Shown: positions 1-11,621 of the stretch, piece after piece | How the letters are laid out: each line of letters starts with the position of its first letter | Position numbering within the stretch: position 1 is the first letter of the stretch | Source: Chrysochromulina tobinii | Taxonomy: Eukaryota | Length of the DNA: 64,000 nucleotides | Assembly (NCBI GenBank): GCA_001275005.1 | Contig: JWZX01003407.1 | Location: forward strand, 1 to 64,000 | Direction: 5' to 3' | The notes under the pieces: model-generated | Told to the model about the DNA's origin: nothing | Seen by the model: the letters and a program-made list of their open reading frames with translations, nothing else | The model's database searches: none | Position numbers and translations under genes: made by a program

Positions 1-532
1 CGGCCCCCTGCCCCACCCCGTGCGTGATCCACCACACTAAGCGCCCGAAGGGCCGGGGGTCCCACCGCAACTCTCATAGCTCTCGAGGACTGTGAAGTAG
101 GCGTGGTGCAGCTGGGGTACATTGTCAAGAGGGCCTGAAAGTGCCATGGAAGCATGCGCCACCTCATCGCTCCAAACCGGATCGACGAAAAGTGAAGTGA
201 CACTGCAGCTCTGCGAATCAAAAAGAACGAGCAGGAGCATGTGGGAGATGGTCGGCGCCAGTAACCCATTGCGCGTCACTCGCTCTCTAGAGAGGCGGCC
301 CGAATGCATAGCAGGAGCGGGCCACATTCTGAATTTCTCTCCACAGCGAATACTCTCGCAGCAAAAGCAACGAGTCAATGTCTTGCGAATGTAATTGCTT
401 GCTCATGGCTGCTCGTTGCTATGCCGCCTGTTTTCCGTCGAGTTGTTCTTGGCGCGGATGAGGCACCAGAGTACGACAAGATCTGATGAACGGGACGTCC
501 GTGCCTCTCTTTCTCTATCGTCGGCCTGGTCA

Positions 533-3500
533 TCACGATGGACGGCTTCCTTGAGGACCTGACCAAACCTCGCCGTAGCGGTAGAGCTCTTCCTGGCTGC
601 TGGTCAGCGCAAAGTCCTGCGAGTCGCCTTGCGAAAATGCAATCTGCGGGGCGCCGCAGTAGCCCTGCTGTTGCGAGTCGTATCCGTAGCCCTGCGACTG
701 CGAGCCGTATCCTTGAGTCTGGAAGGCCCCTTGCTGGGAGTCAAACGCCGGCTGCGAGTCAGTGAGCGACATCGAACCAAACGATTGCTGCGTGGCGGGC
801 ATGGCATACTCACTCTGCGAACCGTACCCCGAGCGCTGCGAGTTGTACTGGTGCGCCCCGTAGCTGCCATTGGCTGATGCACCACGCATGAAACCCTGGG
901 CGCCATTGGGAGGCCCACGCCGCGGCCCACCGGGTCCAGCGCCGCCCATCATTGGTGATGCCATCGGCAGCGGCGTGCCATCGCCCAAGCCCTGCTGCAC
1001 GGGTGGCGCGCGTACGCGGCTCTCGTACTTGCGGCTGCGCGCAAACTGGACCATGGACCGCTTGAGCGCGTTCAGCGGGCCCTCGACGAGCAAATCCTGC
1101 TCTTTAAAGTGGACGAGGAAGTTGTTCCAGAGTGGCTGCTTCGAGAGCACCTTCGGATTCCCAAGCACGACCATGCCGAAGCGGGCCCGCGTAAGGGCGA
1201 CGTTGAGGCGGCGTGGATCGCTGAGGAATCCGATCCCCTGCCGCTCGTTCGAGCGCACGCACGACAGGATGATGTAGTCTTTCTCGCGCCCTTGAAAAGC
1301 GTCGACGGAAGCGACCTCGATGTCGGAGTACAGCTTCTGCTGCAGCGAGCCATTGCGCTGCATGTAGCTGACGATGTACGCGCGCTGGCCTTCGTACGGC
1401 GTGATGACGCCGATCTGATCGGGGGTGACTCCCCCCGAGAGGAAGCGCGAGACGAGCTTCTCCACGTTGGTCGCCTCGGCACGGTTGAGGTATGAGGTGC
1501 CGGAGGCGCTCACCTCCTCTTGGCCCACTGAGGTGTAGAAGAACATGGGCCGATTGGGGTTCGGCCACGGAAAGTCGAGCTCGAGCTGGCGCTCGGCAGA
1601 GGTGACGCCATTTTGGAGGGTGCCCTCGTAAAAGGTGTTGGACGGAAACTCGGAGAGGCATGGGTGCATTCGGTACTGCACCTGCAGTCGGATGGGTCTG
1701 ACGCTGAGCATGACGAGGCGCTCGAAAAGGGACTGACCAAGGCCCGCCTTGGCTGCGTTCTTGCACATGACGACTGGGCCGAGCTGGCAGTGGTCTCCCA
1801 CGAGGACGAGCTGCTTGGCGCCGAGCACGATCGGGATGAGGCACTCGGGTTCCGTGGCCTGGGTCGCCTCGTCGACTAAGCACTGGCGAAAGCGCAGCGA
1901 CGAAATGCGCGGGTCACCCGCCGCGGAGCACGTGCAGCACACGACATCGGCTGCCTCGAGGATCTCCCGCTCCGCGGCGCGCTTGAGCGAATTAAACTTC
2001 TTCTCGTCCTGCTGCGAGAGTTCGCCGAGCTCATCCTTGAGGAGCTGCAGCTTGTGCAGCTCCGCGCGCTCCGGCGTGTCGAGATGGCGCACCTGGTAGT
2101 GCAGCGTGAGGTACTCGACGCGCGAGTCGACCATCTCGCGCGACTTGGCGCAGAAGCGAACGACACGCAGCCCGGTCTTGTGGATCTTTTCGGTGAGCTG
2201 GTCGACAGCCACGTTGGATGGGGCGCAAACGAGAGTCTGCCCTTGGTTCTGTTTAGCAAGGTGGTAGACGATGGAAGCCGAGGTGACGGTCTTGCCTGTG
2301 CCGGGTGGTCCCTGCACGATGGAGAGAGCCTTCTGCAACACCTCCTTGACAGCGAAGACCTGCGAGTGGTTGAGTTCGGGCAGCCCGGGCGCGCCGAAGC
2401 GGCGGGGCAACGTGACGCGCACCTGGGGCGCCTCGACCTCGTGGCCGAGCAGCCGGTGGTAGATGTAGCCCGACACGGAGGTCTCATCGACGGCGAATGT
2501 CTTGAGCGCGACCTGCATGCGGTCGTACGCGATCGACTTCCACACGAAGTCGATGGTGAAGCCGTGGTTGATGTCGATGGGCGCGTTGCCGCCCGATTTG
2601 AGCTCGATGCCTATCTCCTCTGAGGCCGAGAGCCGCACCACGGTGCCCGAGCCCTGCCACGCTGGCCGAGTGCCATCGCCGGGGTGCTTGAGCAGCAGCT
2701 CGTCGCCCGTGAGCACGCGCATCTCATCCTCCTTGTTCTGCGAGAAGCTGAAAAAGGCGATGCGCTTCTCGTTGAGGCCCTTGTCCCAGCGCACGGTGAT
2801 GTTCTCCTGGGTCTGCTGCTCCTTCATGTGCTTGTCGTAGTCGGCCTCGAGCTTGACGAGCGGCCCCATGATGTTCTGGTACTGGTAGGCGTCCTCGTAC
2901 CGGTCCTGCACGGACGCGACCTCGGCGTCCGGGAGGTCACCATCGGTCGTGATCACATCGTCTATAGTTGCGGATGGGTTGGTGCGCCACAGCTCTTCGA
3001 GCTTCTGGATCTGCCCGACGTTGAGGTTGCGCGCGCGCAGCGCCTCGGCGTCGCTCGGCTTCTTGACGAGCCACTGCACAAACTCCTTTTCCTGGATGAG
3101 CGGCGCCCACTTGGAGAGGTCCCAATCGTACTCGGTGTGGTTGACCTCGGTGTCGCGCGCGAGCAGAACGACGAGGTCCTCCTTGACGGGCACGAAGCCG
3201 AGCTGGAACACGTTTTTCGTGCCGGTGATGAAGCACTCGAGCGTGATCTCGCCCAGCGGCGACTCCTTGTGCAGCATCACCTCGCTGTTGCGCGAGCGGA
3301 CGAGGTGGTAGACAATGCAGGAGGCGGGAAGCCCCGCCGGCTTGTAATTGCAGAACCACTTGCCCGTCGCCACGCATTTGACGACCGCCGCGGGCGTATG
3401 AATGTTGCAGTACTCGCATCGCCACGGCGGCAGCTCCGTTGGCGTCGCCTCGACCTCAAGTGCGTAGTCTTCGACGAAATTCAAGGGCGCGCTGCTGGTG

Positions 3501-3742
3501 TCGCCAATGGTACTGCAGCCACCGCACACTCCCCCGGCCGAATACGGCTCTTCACCCGCGTACGACCCGCCGGGCGGAGCAATGCCCAGCTCCGCCGCTA
3601 CGCCCAGGTCTTCCTGGGTTTGCGTGGGCGCTGCGCCGAGGTCGCCAAGGTCGTCGGTGACAAACTCGAGTGCTTGGCTCTGCGAGCACAGCTGGCTGTC
3701 ATCAAACTGGTACAATGACTGGCTCTGGGAATTCAGGTCCAT
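533..3742 (-). CDS. UPF1: Regulator of nonsense transcripts 1 (UPF1 SF1 RNA helicase)
   Basis: CH zinc domain (CEYC...[10 protein letters not shown]...HLVRSR...LECF), Walker [45 protein letters not shown] and an SQ-rich tail. The first ATG (MDLNSQ) is at 3742; the track ORF begins at an upstream non-ATG codon. Confidence 0.97.
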   Translation of the reverse strand: MDLNSQSQSLYQFDDSQLCSQSQALEFVTDDLGDLGAAPTQTQEDLGVAAELGIAPPGGSYAGEEPYSAGGVCGGCSTIGDTSSAPLNFVEDYALEVEATPTELPPWRCEYCNIHTPAAVVKCVATGKWFCNYKPAGLPASCIVYHLVRSRNSEVMLHKESPLGEITLECFITGTKNVFQLGFVPVKEDLVVLLARDTEVNHTEYDWDLSKWAPLIQEKEFVQWLVKKPSDAEALRARNLNVGQIQKLEELWRTNPSATIDDVITTDGDLPDAEVASVQDRYEDAYQYQNIMGPLVKLEADYDKHMKEQQTQENITVRWDKGLNEKRIAFFSFSQNKEDEMRVLTGDELLLKHPGDGTRPAWQGSGTVVRLSASEEIGIELKSGGNAPIDINHGFTIDFVWKSIAYDRMQVALKTFAVDETSVSGYIYHRLLGHEVEAPQVRVTLPRRFGAPGLPELNHSQVFAVKEVLQKALSIVQGPPGTGKTVTSASIVYHLAKQNQGQTLVCAPSNVAVDQLTEKIHKTGLRVVRFCAKSREMVDSRVEYLTLHYQVRHLDTPERAELHKLQLLKDELGELSQQDEKKFNSLKRAAEREILEAADVVCCTCSAAGDPRISSLRFRQCLVDEATQATEPECLIPIVLGAKQLVLVGDHCQLGPVVMCKNAAKAGLGQSLFERLVMLSVRPIRLQVQYRMHPCLSEFPSNTFYEGTLQNGVTSAERQLELDFPWPNPNRPMFFYTSVGQEEVSASGTSYLNRAEATNVEKLVSRFLSGGVTPDQIGVITPYEGQRAYIVSYMQRNGSLQQKLYSDIEVASVDAFQGREKDYIILSCVRSNERQGIGFLSDPRRLNVALTRARFGMVVLGNPKVLSKQPLWNNFLVHFKEQDLLVEGPLNALKRSMVQFARSRKYESRVRAPPVQQGLGDGTPLPMASPMMGGAGPGGPRRGPPNGAQGFMRGASANGSYGAHQYNSQRSGYGSQSEYAMPATQQSFGSMSLTDSQPAFDSQQGAFQTQGYGSQSQGYGYDSQQQGYCGAPQIAFSQGDSQDFALTSSQEELYRYGEVWSGPQGSRPS

Positions 3743-3981
3743 CCTCCGAAAAGCGGGGAGGTTCGTGGCAACTCGGGCGCGTCGCGTGCGTGCGTGCGTG
3801 CGTCCGCGTCGAGCCCCACGAGGTTTGCGCGGAAAAAATCCACAGACAGCTAAAGCAGGTGTATTCGACACTCAAGGGACATGTACCAGACGGCGAAAAA
3901 TACGTCTGCCACTTGAAACATGTAGAAAGTGTGACGAAATTCTGCGTGTACGACTTGTCGCTCGAGTTCACGTACGACTTC

Positions 3982-6900
3982 ATGTTGGGTGACCGACCAC
4001 TGCGGGGCCGTCTTCATTCGAGCCCACGCGCGGTTCAAGGGGCGCTGCTGCCCTCCCTTCCGCCGCACAGTTCTCGATCGCTGACAGCACGCGTCGCTTC
4101 ATGGAGCGTCCCCGGCGCGGATTCACCAACTGAGTCTGGCTGGCTGCGCTGTGCCAAGGGTGCCAATGGGCTGCCGCTGCCCCTGCGGTTGTCAAAGAAC
4201 TCCGCTGGGGCGCAACGGCGGCTCGAGCAGCAAGCGAGCGCGGCGCAGCAGCTGACGCTGCAGCTCACGCGCCTGATCACCGCCAACGCCACAGCCAAGG
4301 ATGGCGTTGGTGGTCTGTGCATGATCATTGCACATGCTGTCGGTGCCGAAGAGACATGCCTCGTGGCAGCGAGCACCCTCGGCATGGAGACATGCCTCTC
4401 TGAGCACAACTTCGTCCGCGCGTGCGAAGCCACCTGTGTGGCTTCGCCCGTATGCCAGCGGCTCATGGCCACGCTGGGGTATGAGCTGCGCGATGCCGCA
4501 GAGAGCAGGGCTTCGCTCAACATAGGCAGCAACACGGATTCGCGCAGCGCGGCCCTCGAAATCGGCCAGGTAGCGTTGCGGGAGCCGCCAAGCCCCCACG
4601 GCGCTATCCTCAAGCAGAGCCAGCCGCCGCCGCTGGTCTCGGCACTCGTGACGCCCGTCTGTGACCCGAGCAGCGGCAGCACGGTGGCATTGCTCATCTG
4701 CTGCAACGCACGCGGTGGACCCTTCATGCTGTGCGATGAGCTCCTCTGTGAGTGCGCCGCGCTGCACGCGGGGCTGCTCTGGCAGCACCACATCCAGGTC
4801 CTACGCCTCGCGCCGCTGCCAATCGTGCCGCTACAGCCGCCGGACGCCTCGGCTGAGCGGCTCCGCGAGCAATGGCAATCTCTGGCTCACGGGCGTGCGC
4901 AGCTTCGTGAGTTGCGCACCGAGGGTGTGCGCGCGCTCGAGCGCATCGCTGGGGCGGCACCGACGCTCGAGCCACAAGAGGTCGTTTGCCAGGCGTGCCG
5001 GCGGCTCCTGCGAGCGCGTGCATATGAGCTGCGCAGCGCGCTGCGGCTCGCCTCGGAGCAACGTGCCTCCGCCGACGCCCTCGCGCAGCTAGCCCATCAT
5101 TGGAGGGTGGCTTTGAAGCTCGAGCTTCACGGAGAAGCTTCCCGCCTCGGTGGCGCGGCCGCGGCCATATGCATCGCCGAGGTGCTCGACGAGCCGCTTC
5201 AGGCGGCTGCCGAACACGCAGTGAGCCACTTCACGCACGGACCCAAGTGGCCGCAATCGAATGCCGAGCCCAAGACGGCGCCCACGACGGCCGTCGAGGC
5301 GCTCGAGCGACTTGTGGTCCAGCCGACCTTGTGCTTGGCGGCGCCGACCCTCAGCCGGCTGATTGCGATAGTGGATGAACGCACGATGTCCGTGCGCGCG
5401 CGCCTCGCTCAGAGCCTCGTAGAGCAAGCCACGTGGGTCGCGCAGCAGGATGCGTCGACCGCCGACCTCCTCACAGGCGTGCCCACCTCGCTCGGCGTAT
5501 GGACGGACGGCTGGCACGCAGCTTGCCTCGCTGAGGTGCGCCGGCATGTGCGCCAGACGGCCGGCGACGTGCCAGCCGCAGCAGCGGCGAATGCCCTTGA
5601 GCATCTCGTCGAGCTGCACGGCGAGGCTATGCGCGCCGAGCTGAGCATGCAGGTGCAAGGCGCGAGCCAGCTACTGCGCTCTCTGTTCGAAGCTAACACT
5701 TTTGGCATATTGCATCGTGGGTGGACGTCGAGCTCAAGGGCCGCCTCGTCTACCGAGAGCGCTTCCTCGAGAAAGTGCGCTCCGACGTACCACGCTGGCT
5801 TCGACTGCTGCTTGCGAGCATCGTGCAGTGCTCCGCCGCTGCTCCCTGTCGCTTTGAGGCCCGCGCGGCCGCTGCGGCTGCGGGCAGCGCGGGCACACCA
5901 TTGCACATCGAGTCGCCTGGGTACGCCTGGCCCACGCTCTCGGGGGTCTCGGACCGTGTCGTGGGCGAGCTCCTGCATGCGGTGGAAGCGGCCCTCGAGC
6001 CGCTCACGAAGCAGTATGCGGAGGTGGCGGCGCACGTGCGTCCCCGAATCAAGGACTTGCGCGCCCCGGTGCACGAGCAGATGCTACGACTGCTCGGGGC
6101 TTGCGTCTCGCACGCACGCCTCGTCTTTTTTGCTAGTCGCGCGATGCTGCGCGCTGTCGATTCGGTGCAGCGGGCCATCCTAGCACTTGAGCCGCAGCTG
6201 GTGCCTTTGCGTAATGAGAAGAAAGACCATGCAGTCGCTGCGGAGGATGTCACGCTCACAACGCGCCAGGCGATCAAACAAAGCATGCTCATCGAGATGC
6301 CGCAGATTGTCCCCGCTCTTGTTGCCCTTGTCGCGGCCTTCGAGCACAAAAGCGAGGTTTTGGAGCCTCGAATTCAACAATTGCTTGCCAGCTGGACGGA
6401 GCGCAGCCATGTCCGTCTTCTCGCGATGCTCACCGACATCGTCGGCCCTAAGGCAGCCGAGGAGGCACTGCCACGGCTGGCCGACGTGCTTCCGGCCAGC
6501 GCACAGCAGTTTGCAGACGAGCTTCATCGCGACGTACGCATGTTGCACGCCCTTGACATTGCATCGTGCCACAGCCTCCTCGAAGCGGAGGCCCACGTCG
6601 TGCGTTGCATGGCGCTTCCCACTGCCGATGCACACCTTCGGACCGCCACAGGTCTATTTATAGGCCGCATCGGAAGTGCGATACATAAGGAAGTGAAGGC
6701 CATCCTGGACAAAGAGGCGCTCGCACGTGGCATGCTAGCAACTGCTTCACTCGAAGAGGTTGATGCCGCATCGACTGAGCAGCATCGCAACGCACTCTAT
6801 CAGAAGGCAGCGCAGGTGCTCGCGATGCCCGTCGTCGAGATGCTCGAGCAGTTACTCATGCGTGCTCTCCAGCAGGACGACTGGCAGAGCCCACAACGTA

Positions 6901-9650
6901 TCGCGGCGACGGCGGTGGTGTATTCTAAGAGCTGGCTTAAGGCCGTCCGCGCGCGAGTGAGTCGGCGATTCCTCAAGGGAGCCTCGGGCTCAGAACATCG
7001 GCTGCTCGAATACATGATGGCTATCCTCGAGCAAGCTGCTGGCTGGTTTGGGATGCCGGCACTTGGCGTGTCCGACTTCGCCATTGCGGCGGATGGGCTG
7101 CTCACTACCGTCGACGACTACATCACGCAGCTGGGCGGGACTCTTTCGGGGAGCGATTGCACGCCACCAGCTGCGCTCCAGGTGCTGCTGCTCCACCACA
7201 CGGAGGAGCGCACGCAGCCAGCCGAAAGTCACGACGTGATGCGTGGCAGTGTGCCGAGCGCCATTCATGCATGGGCTCTCCGGCGGCCAGCGCATGTGTG
7301 CCTCATTGACGAGGTCCTTGCGGTGATCGAGGCACAGCCTGCGCTCACGCCGGAGCCTGATATTGTCGAGGAGCTCAACGCGCTCGTCATCGAGGACGAT
7401 TTCGCGGCACTCGAGCCAGCTGGCACTGCTGCGGCGAAGACAGCAGCCAGCAAGCCGACGCCCATTGCTGAGGAGCCGTCAGAGCCTGAATCGTCTTCCC
7501 GTGTCCTTGCACACCTAGCAGACACGCTCTGGCGCCTCAACAACGAGCACCTTCTTCTATCCCAACTCGTGCAGGTGCTCGCTGCTGCCGTGCCGTTGTG
7601 CTTTGAGAAGGATCGGCCTACAGAGCTGGCATTTTACTGCCTGATGGAAGCAGCGCCCGCCGACCATCGACTTGAGGGCGAGCGCGAGCAGCTGTACTAT
7701 GCCCGTTTGTCCGGTACCCGCCTCGAGGAGCAACAGACCATGTTTCGAGTAGCGGCGCCGCTCGCTGTGCAGATTGCCCTCGCGGATGGCAGTCGAGTGG
7801 AGGAGAGTGTGCTACAGCTCCCTCTCCTCACCCCAGGTCTAGAGAGGCATGGCGTGGGAGTCAAGACAGTTGGCACGCGCCACCGGCTCTACCTCCCACT
7901 GCACAGCGCGTCGGCGCCCAAGCCAATCAGCGTGATGGAGGTTGCGCTTCTTCGAGGCGGCGAGCTGCGAAGGGCCGAGCGCCTCATTCTGAACCGCCTC
8001 GTGAGCGCCTTTGGCGCGGCGGTGGCACGCGGCCAACACGCTGCTGCCGAGACGAAGAACCGGCGGTGCTCGGCACAGGAGGCCTTGGAGCTGCGTTTGC
8101 GTGCCGAGGAGCTCGAAAAGAGCCTTGCAGCGATGCGCCGGCAGGCGATGCTCTCCGCAGCTGTGAACCAAAACATCCCGGCGAGTGGTTCGGCGCTTGC
8201 AGCATCGTTACGCGCGCTCACCGGCGCGGAGATGGTGACGCTCTTTATGGCGCCCGATCGCTTCTCCGAGATGACCCCGCAACTCATCGCCGAGCACAAC
8301 GACTTTTCGGCCCTAAACAGCATGATGCAGCCTACCACGCCAGCGCGCGAATCCTGTGTGCTTGATGTCCTGCCGCACCAAGGGCTCGCGAGGCGCGCAG
8401 CCTTGCAGCAACGTGCGTGCAACTGCATCAATCCCATTGCAGAGCCCGTGTCGGTGTTCGATGCTACGCTCGAGGATCGCGTGGGCTACAAGACTATGTG
8501 CGTGCTTGTGCTGCCCATCATGCAAGCGGGCCGAGCGGTCGGCGTGCTTCAGCTGACCAACAAGGCGACGAGCTCTGCGAAGGCACTGACTGGCGCACCC
8601 AGCTCTCGGGCTAAAGCGGCGCCCGTCACAGCGCGAGATTTGCTCTTCGGCGCGCACGAGGCTCATCCCCCAGGCGCACAGGCTGATGACAACGAGGACG
8701 ACAGTAGTACCGCGAGTACCTCTTCCTCTACGACGATGGCGTTCACAGAGCAAGATGAGCAAGCAGCCCGCAGCCAGCTCGCAGCTTGCGCGCTGCTCAT
8801 CTTCCAGGCACGCAGAGTGGTTGAGCTGGAGGAACATACGAAGGCGGCTGCCGCTGCTGCTCGAGCAGAGCACAAACCCAACTTCCGGGCGGCGGCGCTC
8901 GGATCGCCATCTGAGAGGATTCCCCAGCCTCCGCCGGTCAACATACCCGCATCGCGGCCACCTCCTCTGCCCAGAAGCCACCCGCAGCTAAGTGAGGCAA
9001 CGACCGCTGCGGCTGCCCCAGCAGGGAAAGCGCCGGCAGCCGGGCCGCCAAGAGCTGCGCAACAAGAGCTGAGTAACAGCTCACTGCTGGACGCCTTCTT
9101 CGTCATAACGCAAGAGCTGAGCGGCGCACACAACCTGCGTGTGCTGCTGGGTTCTGCGCTGCGCTCGTGTAAGAGACTGGTGCCCGTTCAGAGCGCGTCT
9201 TGCTTCCTGACGGGCGAAGACGATGGTAGCATGCTGCGCGTGGCCCTGGTGCAGGATGAGCATGGCAAAGACGTGGCCGGGGAGCTCTCGGTCGTGCGCA
9301 TACGAGATGTGCGCAGCGGGCTTGCAGGCAACTCCCTCACGACGAAGCAGACGACAGTCGTTCAGGACACGGCCACCGACGCGAATTTCGACCCTTCGGT
9401 GGATTGCGCACCTGGCTACATGGTGCGCAGTGTACTGACTACGCCTGTGGTCGGCTCGCAAGGCCGGCTGCTTGGCGTATTGCAGCTGTGCAACCGTATC
9501 ACCGCCGTGGGCACAGCCAAGATCATGCAGCCGGATCACCCCCGGGAGTTTGGCAATGACGACGAAAGTGCAGCAGTCGTGTTTGCCCGCATGCTGGCGG
9601 CACCCTTGGAGCGACTTCTCGCAATCGAAGGTTTCTTCAACTCGCAGTGA
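3982..9650 (+). CDS. Large (~1860 aa) multi-GAF-domain protein; predicted intron 5653-5732
   Basis: Two long ORFs join through a phase-0 GT..AG intron (cag|gtgcaa ... ctaac ... gtcgag|ctc). GAF signatures: 'VFDATLEDRVGYKTMCVLVLPI...VGVLQLTNK...FTEQDE', 'NFDPSVDCAPGYMVRSVLTTPVVGSQGRLLGVLQLCNR...FGNDDE', and N-terminal 'SALVTPV...LLICCNARGGPFMLCDE'. Confidence 0.75.
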
Positions 9651-9718
9651 CTGGACTACTTCAGTGACACAGTGACTGGACTGCCTCGGTGACTGGACTG
9701 CTTCAGCTATGCTTCAGC
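9647..9718 (+). repeat. Short imperfect tandem repeat (gtgactggact x3) at the stop codon
   Basis: gtgactggact occurs three times, starting at the TGA stop, followed by tgcttcagc twice. Confidence 0.7.
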
Positions 9719-10477
9719 ATCCTTGCGGGTCCACAGCGAGGCGAGCGGATGCAGATTGCTGCTCAGTGAGATGTCTGTGGCTGCCGCGCGATCAGCGCGT
9801 GAGACCGAGGCGTCCCTGATGTGCGAGAGTTGAAGGCGGGGTGTGGTGGGGGAATGTGTGCGCGGCCGGCGGGGGCTCGCCCGGGGTGGGGTCCTGCCGG
9901 GGGATGCGTGGGCGCGCGCCGATCCGCGAACGCGCCCATAACTCGTACGATCTAGATCAATGGACCAATTGCGATTTCCCTCATACGGAGATTATACCGG
10001 TACGCGAACCCCCCGGTCGTGCCACTTTTAACGACCGCGGACCCCCGGGGAGATGACGAAACCCTGCGAGGTCAGTTCTGAGAGTGACACCGAAACTAGC
10101 AAACTGGAAACCGCGTCGACGGACCGCCCCTTCCCCGCACTTTCAGTGTCGTGGCACTCCACGACTCCAGGTTGGTGGCCGCGTTTTACGCCCAGGTAAC
10201 GGTGCGCATACACCCGCACCCCCGCGCGGACAACCGAGAAACGCGCTGCTCGCTGGAACACGTCTCTCACCTATATCTCACCGCACGCGCCGTGCACAAG
10301 GCCGTGCACCGTGACCGCCCCGCGTCCGACCCGCTCCGGTGCCGCGGGGGCGGCAGAGTCGCGGGCAGAGTGACGAAACCAAAATATTGGGCGTCAGCCG
10401 CACACTCGCGCGTCGCACGCACACAAAGTGGCGGATCCTCCGTATCTCCCCTGTGCTCCCGACACGCGCGATGTGCG

Positions 10478-11485
10478 TCAGTATCGCTGGCAGTTAAATC
10501 GTGTCGTCATGACGCGCCCGAGGGCTGTGCCAATGTCGTCGGCGAGCGGCACGAGCCGGTGCGGCGCATCACAGCGGAAGGTGGCCTGAGCCGACGCGGT
10601 CTCGCGGTGCAGAACTAGCTCGAGCATGAGCCAGTCAGTGCTGCCACGTAACTGCGCGGCAAAGTAGAGCTTATCTACGGTGCCCACAGCGCCGGCCGCG
10701 ACGCAAAAGAAGCCCCGTTCGACGAGGGCCGTCTCAATTTCGTCTGGCGCCGAGGGCGACAGTCTTGGCACTACAGCCTCGAGCACGTGACTGCGCGTCG
10801 CGCAGCTGCTCCACCGCAGCTCGAACTGATCAGGCTGTAGGTCGGGAGGCGGTTCGAGAGCCGGGTGCGCGCCTCCACCGCCAGTTTCGAGCGGAACGCG
10901 TGCCAAGCCTGTCCCCGTGGTCGGTGGAAGCCGCGAGTCGTCGAGCTCGACGCCTCCCTCGTCAGCCGTGCGCACGTGCGAGTACACACCGCCGACGAGG
11001 CCATGGGCAAGCGAAGCGCTGTGCTTCCCGTCGCTGCCCCGTGGGCGTTGTCCGACGAAGAAGAAGCCACCGACTGCAAGGAGAGCACCAAGGATCGCCC
11101 CGGCGAAGGCGCACGACGCGCAGCTACTTCCTGCTGCGGTATTGGGCAGGCTGCTGCCTCCCACGCAGCGACAGCTCGAGTAGCAAGTGGAGTCGCTGAA
11201 GAGTGGAGGCGGTGGCGGCGAACCAGGCGGCGCGGCTGAGATAGCGGCCACGCGGAAGCACGCCTCAGATTCGGTCGGAAGCTCGGTCCACGCGATCGAG
11301 TGCACCTCAGAAGCTGCATGCCTAGTTGCATGCACCACCGACTGCCCTTGGCGCTCGACGCTGAGCTGCAACAGGTAGCTGGCTGGCACTGGCTCGCCGG
11401 CCGCTGGCGGCTGCCAGCCGACGGTGAGGACGTGTGTATGGTTGTAGGACAGAGTGGGGGCTTGAAGAGCTAAAAGCTTCGCCAT
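10478..11485 (-). CDS. Membrane protein: FN3-like domain + TM helix + beta-adaptin appendage C-terminal (platform)-like domain
   Basis: FN3-like 'LTVGWQPP...SYLLQL...WTELPTESEACFRVAAIS'; TM 'AFAGAILGALLAVGGFFFV'; C-terminal 'FELRWSS...IETALVERGFFCVAAG...KLYFAAQ...LMLELVL...ATFRCD', which matches the beta-adaptin appendage pattern. Confidence 0.7.
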   Translation of the reverse strand: MAKLLALQAPTLSYNHTHVLTVGWQPPAAGEPVPASYLLQLSVERQGQSVVHATRHAASEVHSIAWTELPTESEACFRVAAISAAPPGSPPPPPLFSDSTCYSSCRCVGGSSLPNTAAGSSCASCAFAGAILGALLAVGGFFFVGQRPRGSDGKHSASLAHGLVGGVYSHVRTADEGGVELDDSRLPPTTGTGLARVPLETGGGGAHPALEPPPDLQPDQFELRWSSCATRSHVLEAVVPRLSPSAPDEIETALVERGFFCVAAGAVGTVDKLYFAAQLRGSTDWLMLELVLHRETASAQATFRCDAPHRLVPLADDIGTALGRVMTTRFNCQRY

Positions 11486-11621
11486 CTCTGCCAGTTTTGC
11501 ATTCACAACGCACCTTCACAGCACGGTTGGGCTCGACGGATGGGTGTTACCATGTACATGTAACGAACACGACTGAATGTGTTTGCCATGTAGGGAATCG
11601 CGTCGGTAGTTGGCAATTTTC

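Noticed and set aside
1..486. Short ORFs at the window start (possible 3' end of a + strand gene ending ...EYDKI)
   Set aside because: No recognisable motif, and the exon structure cannot be determined.
9647..9718. Short spaced repeats resembling a mini CRISPR array
   Set aside because: Repeats are ~11 bp with spacers of a few bases, the context is eukaryotic and there are no cas genes. This is simple slippage.
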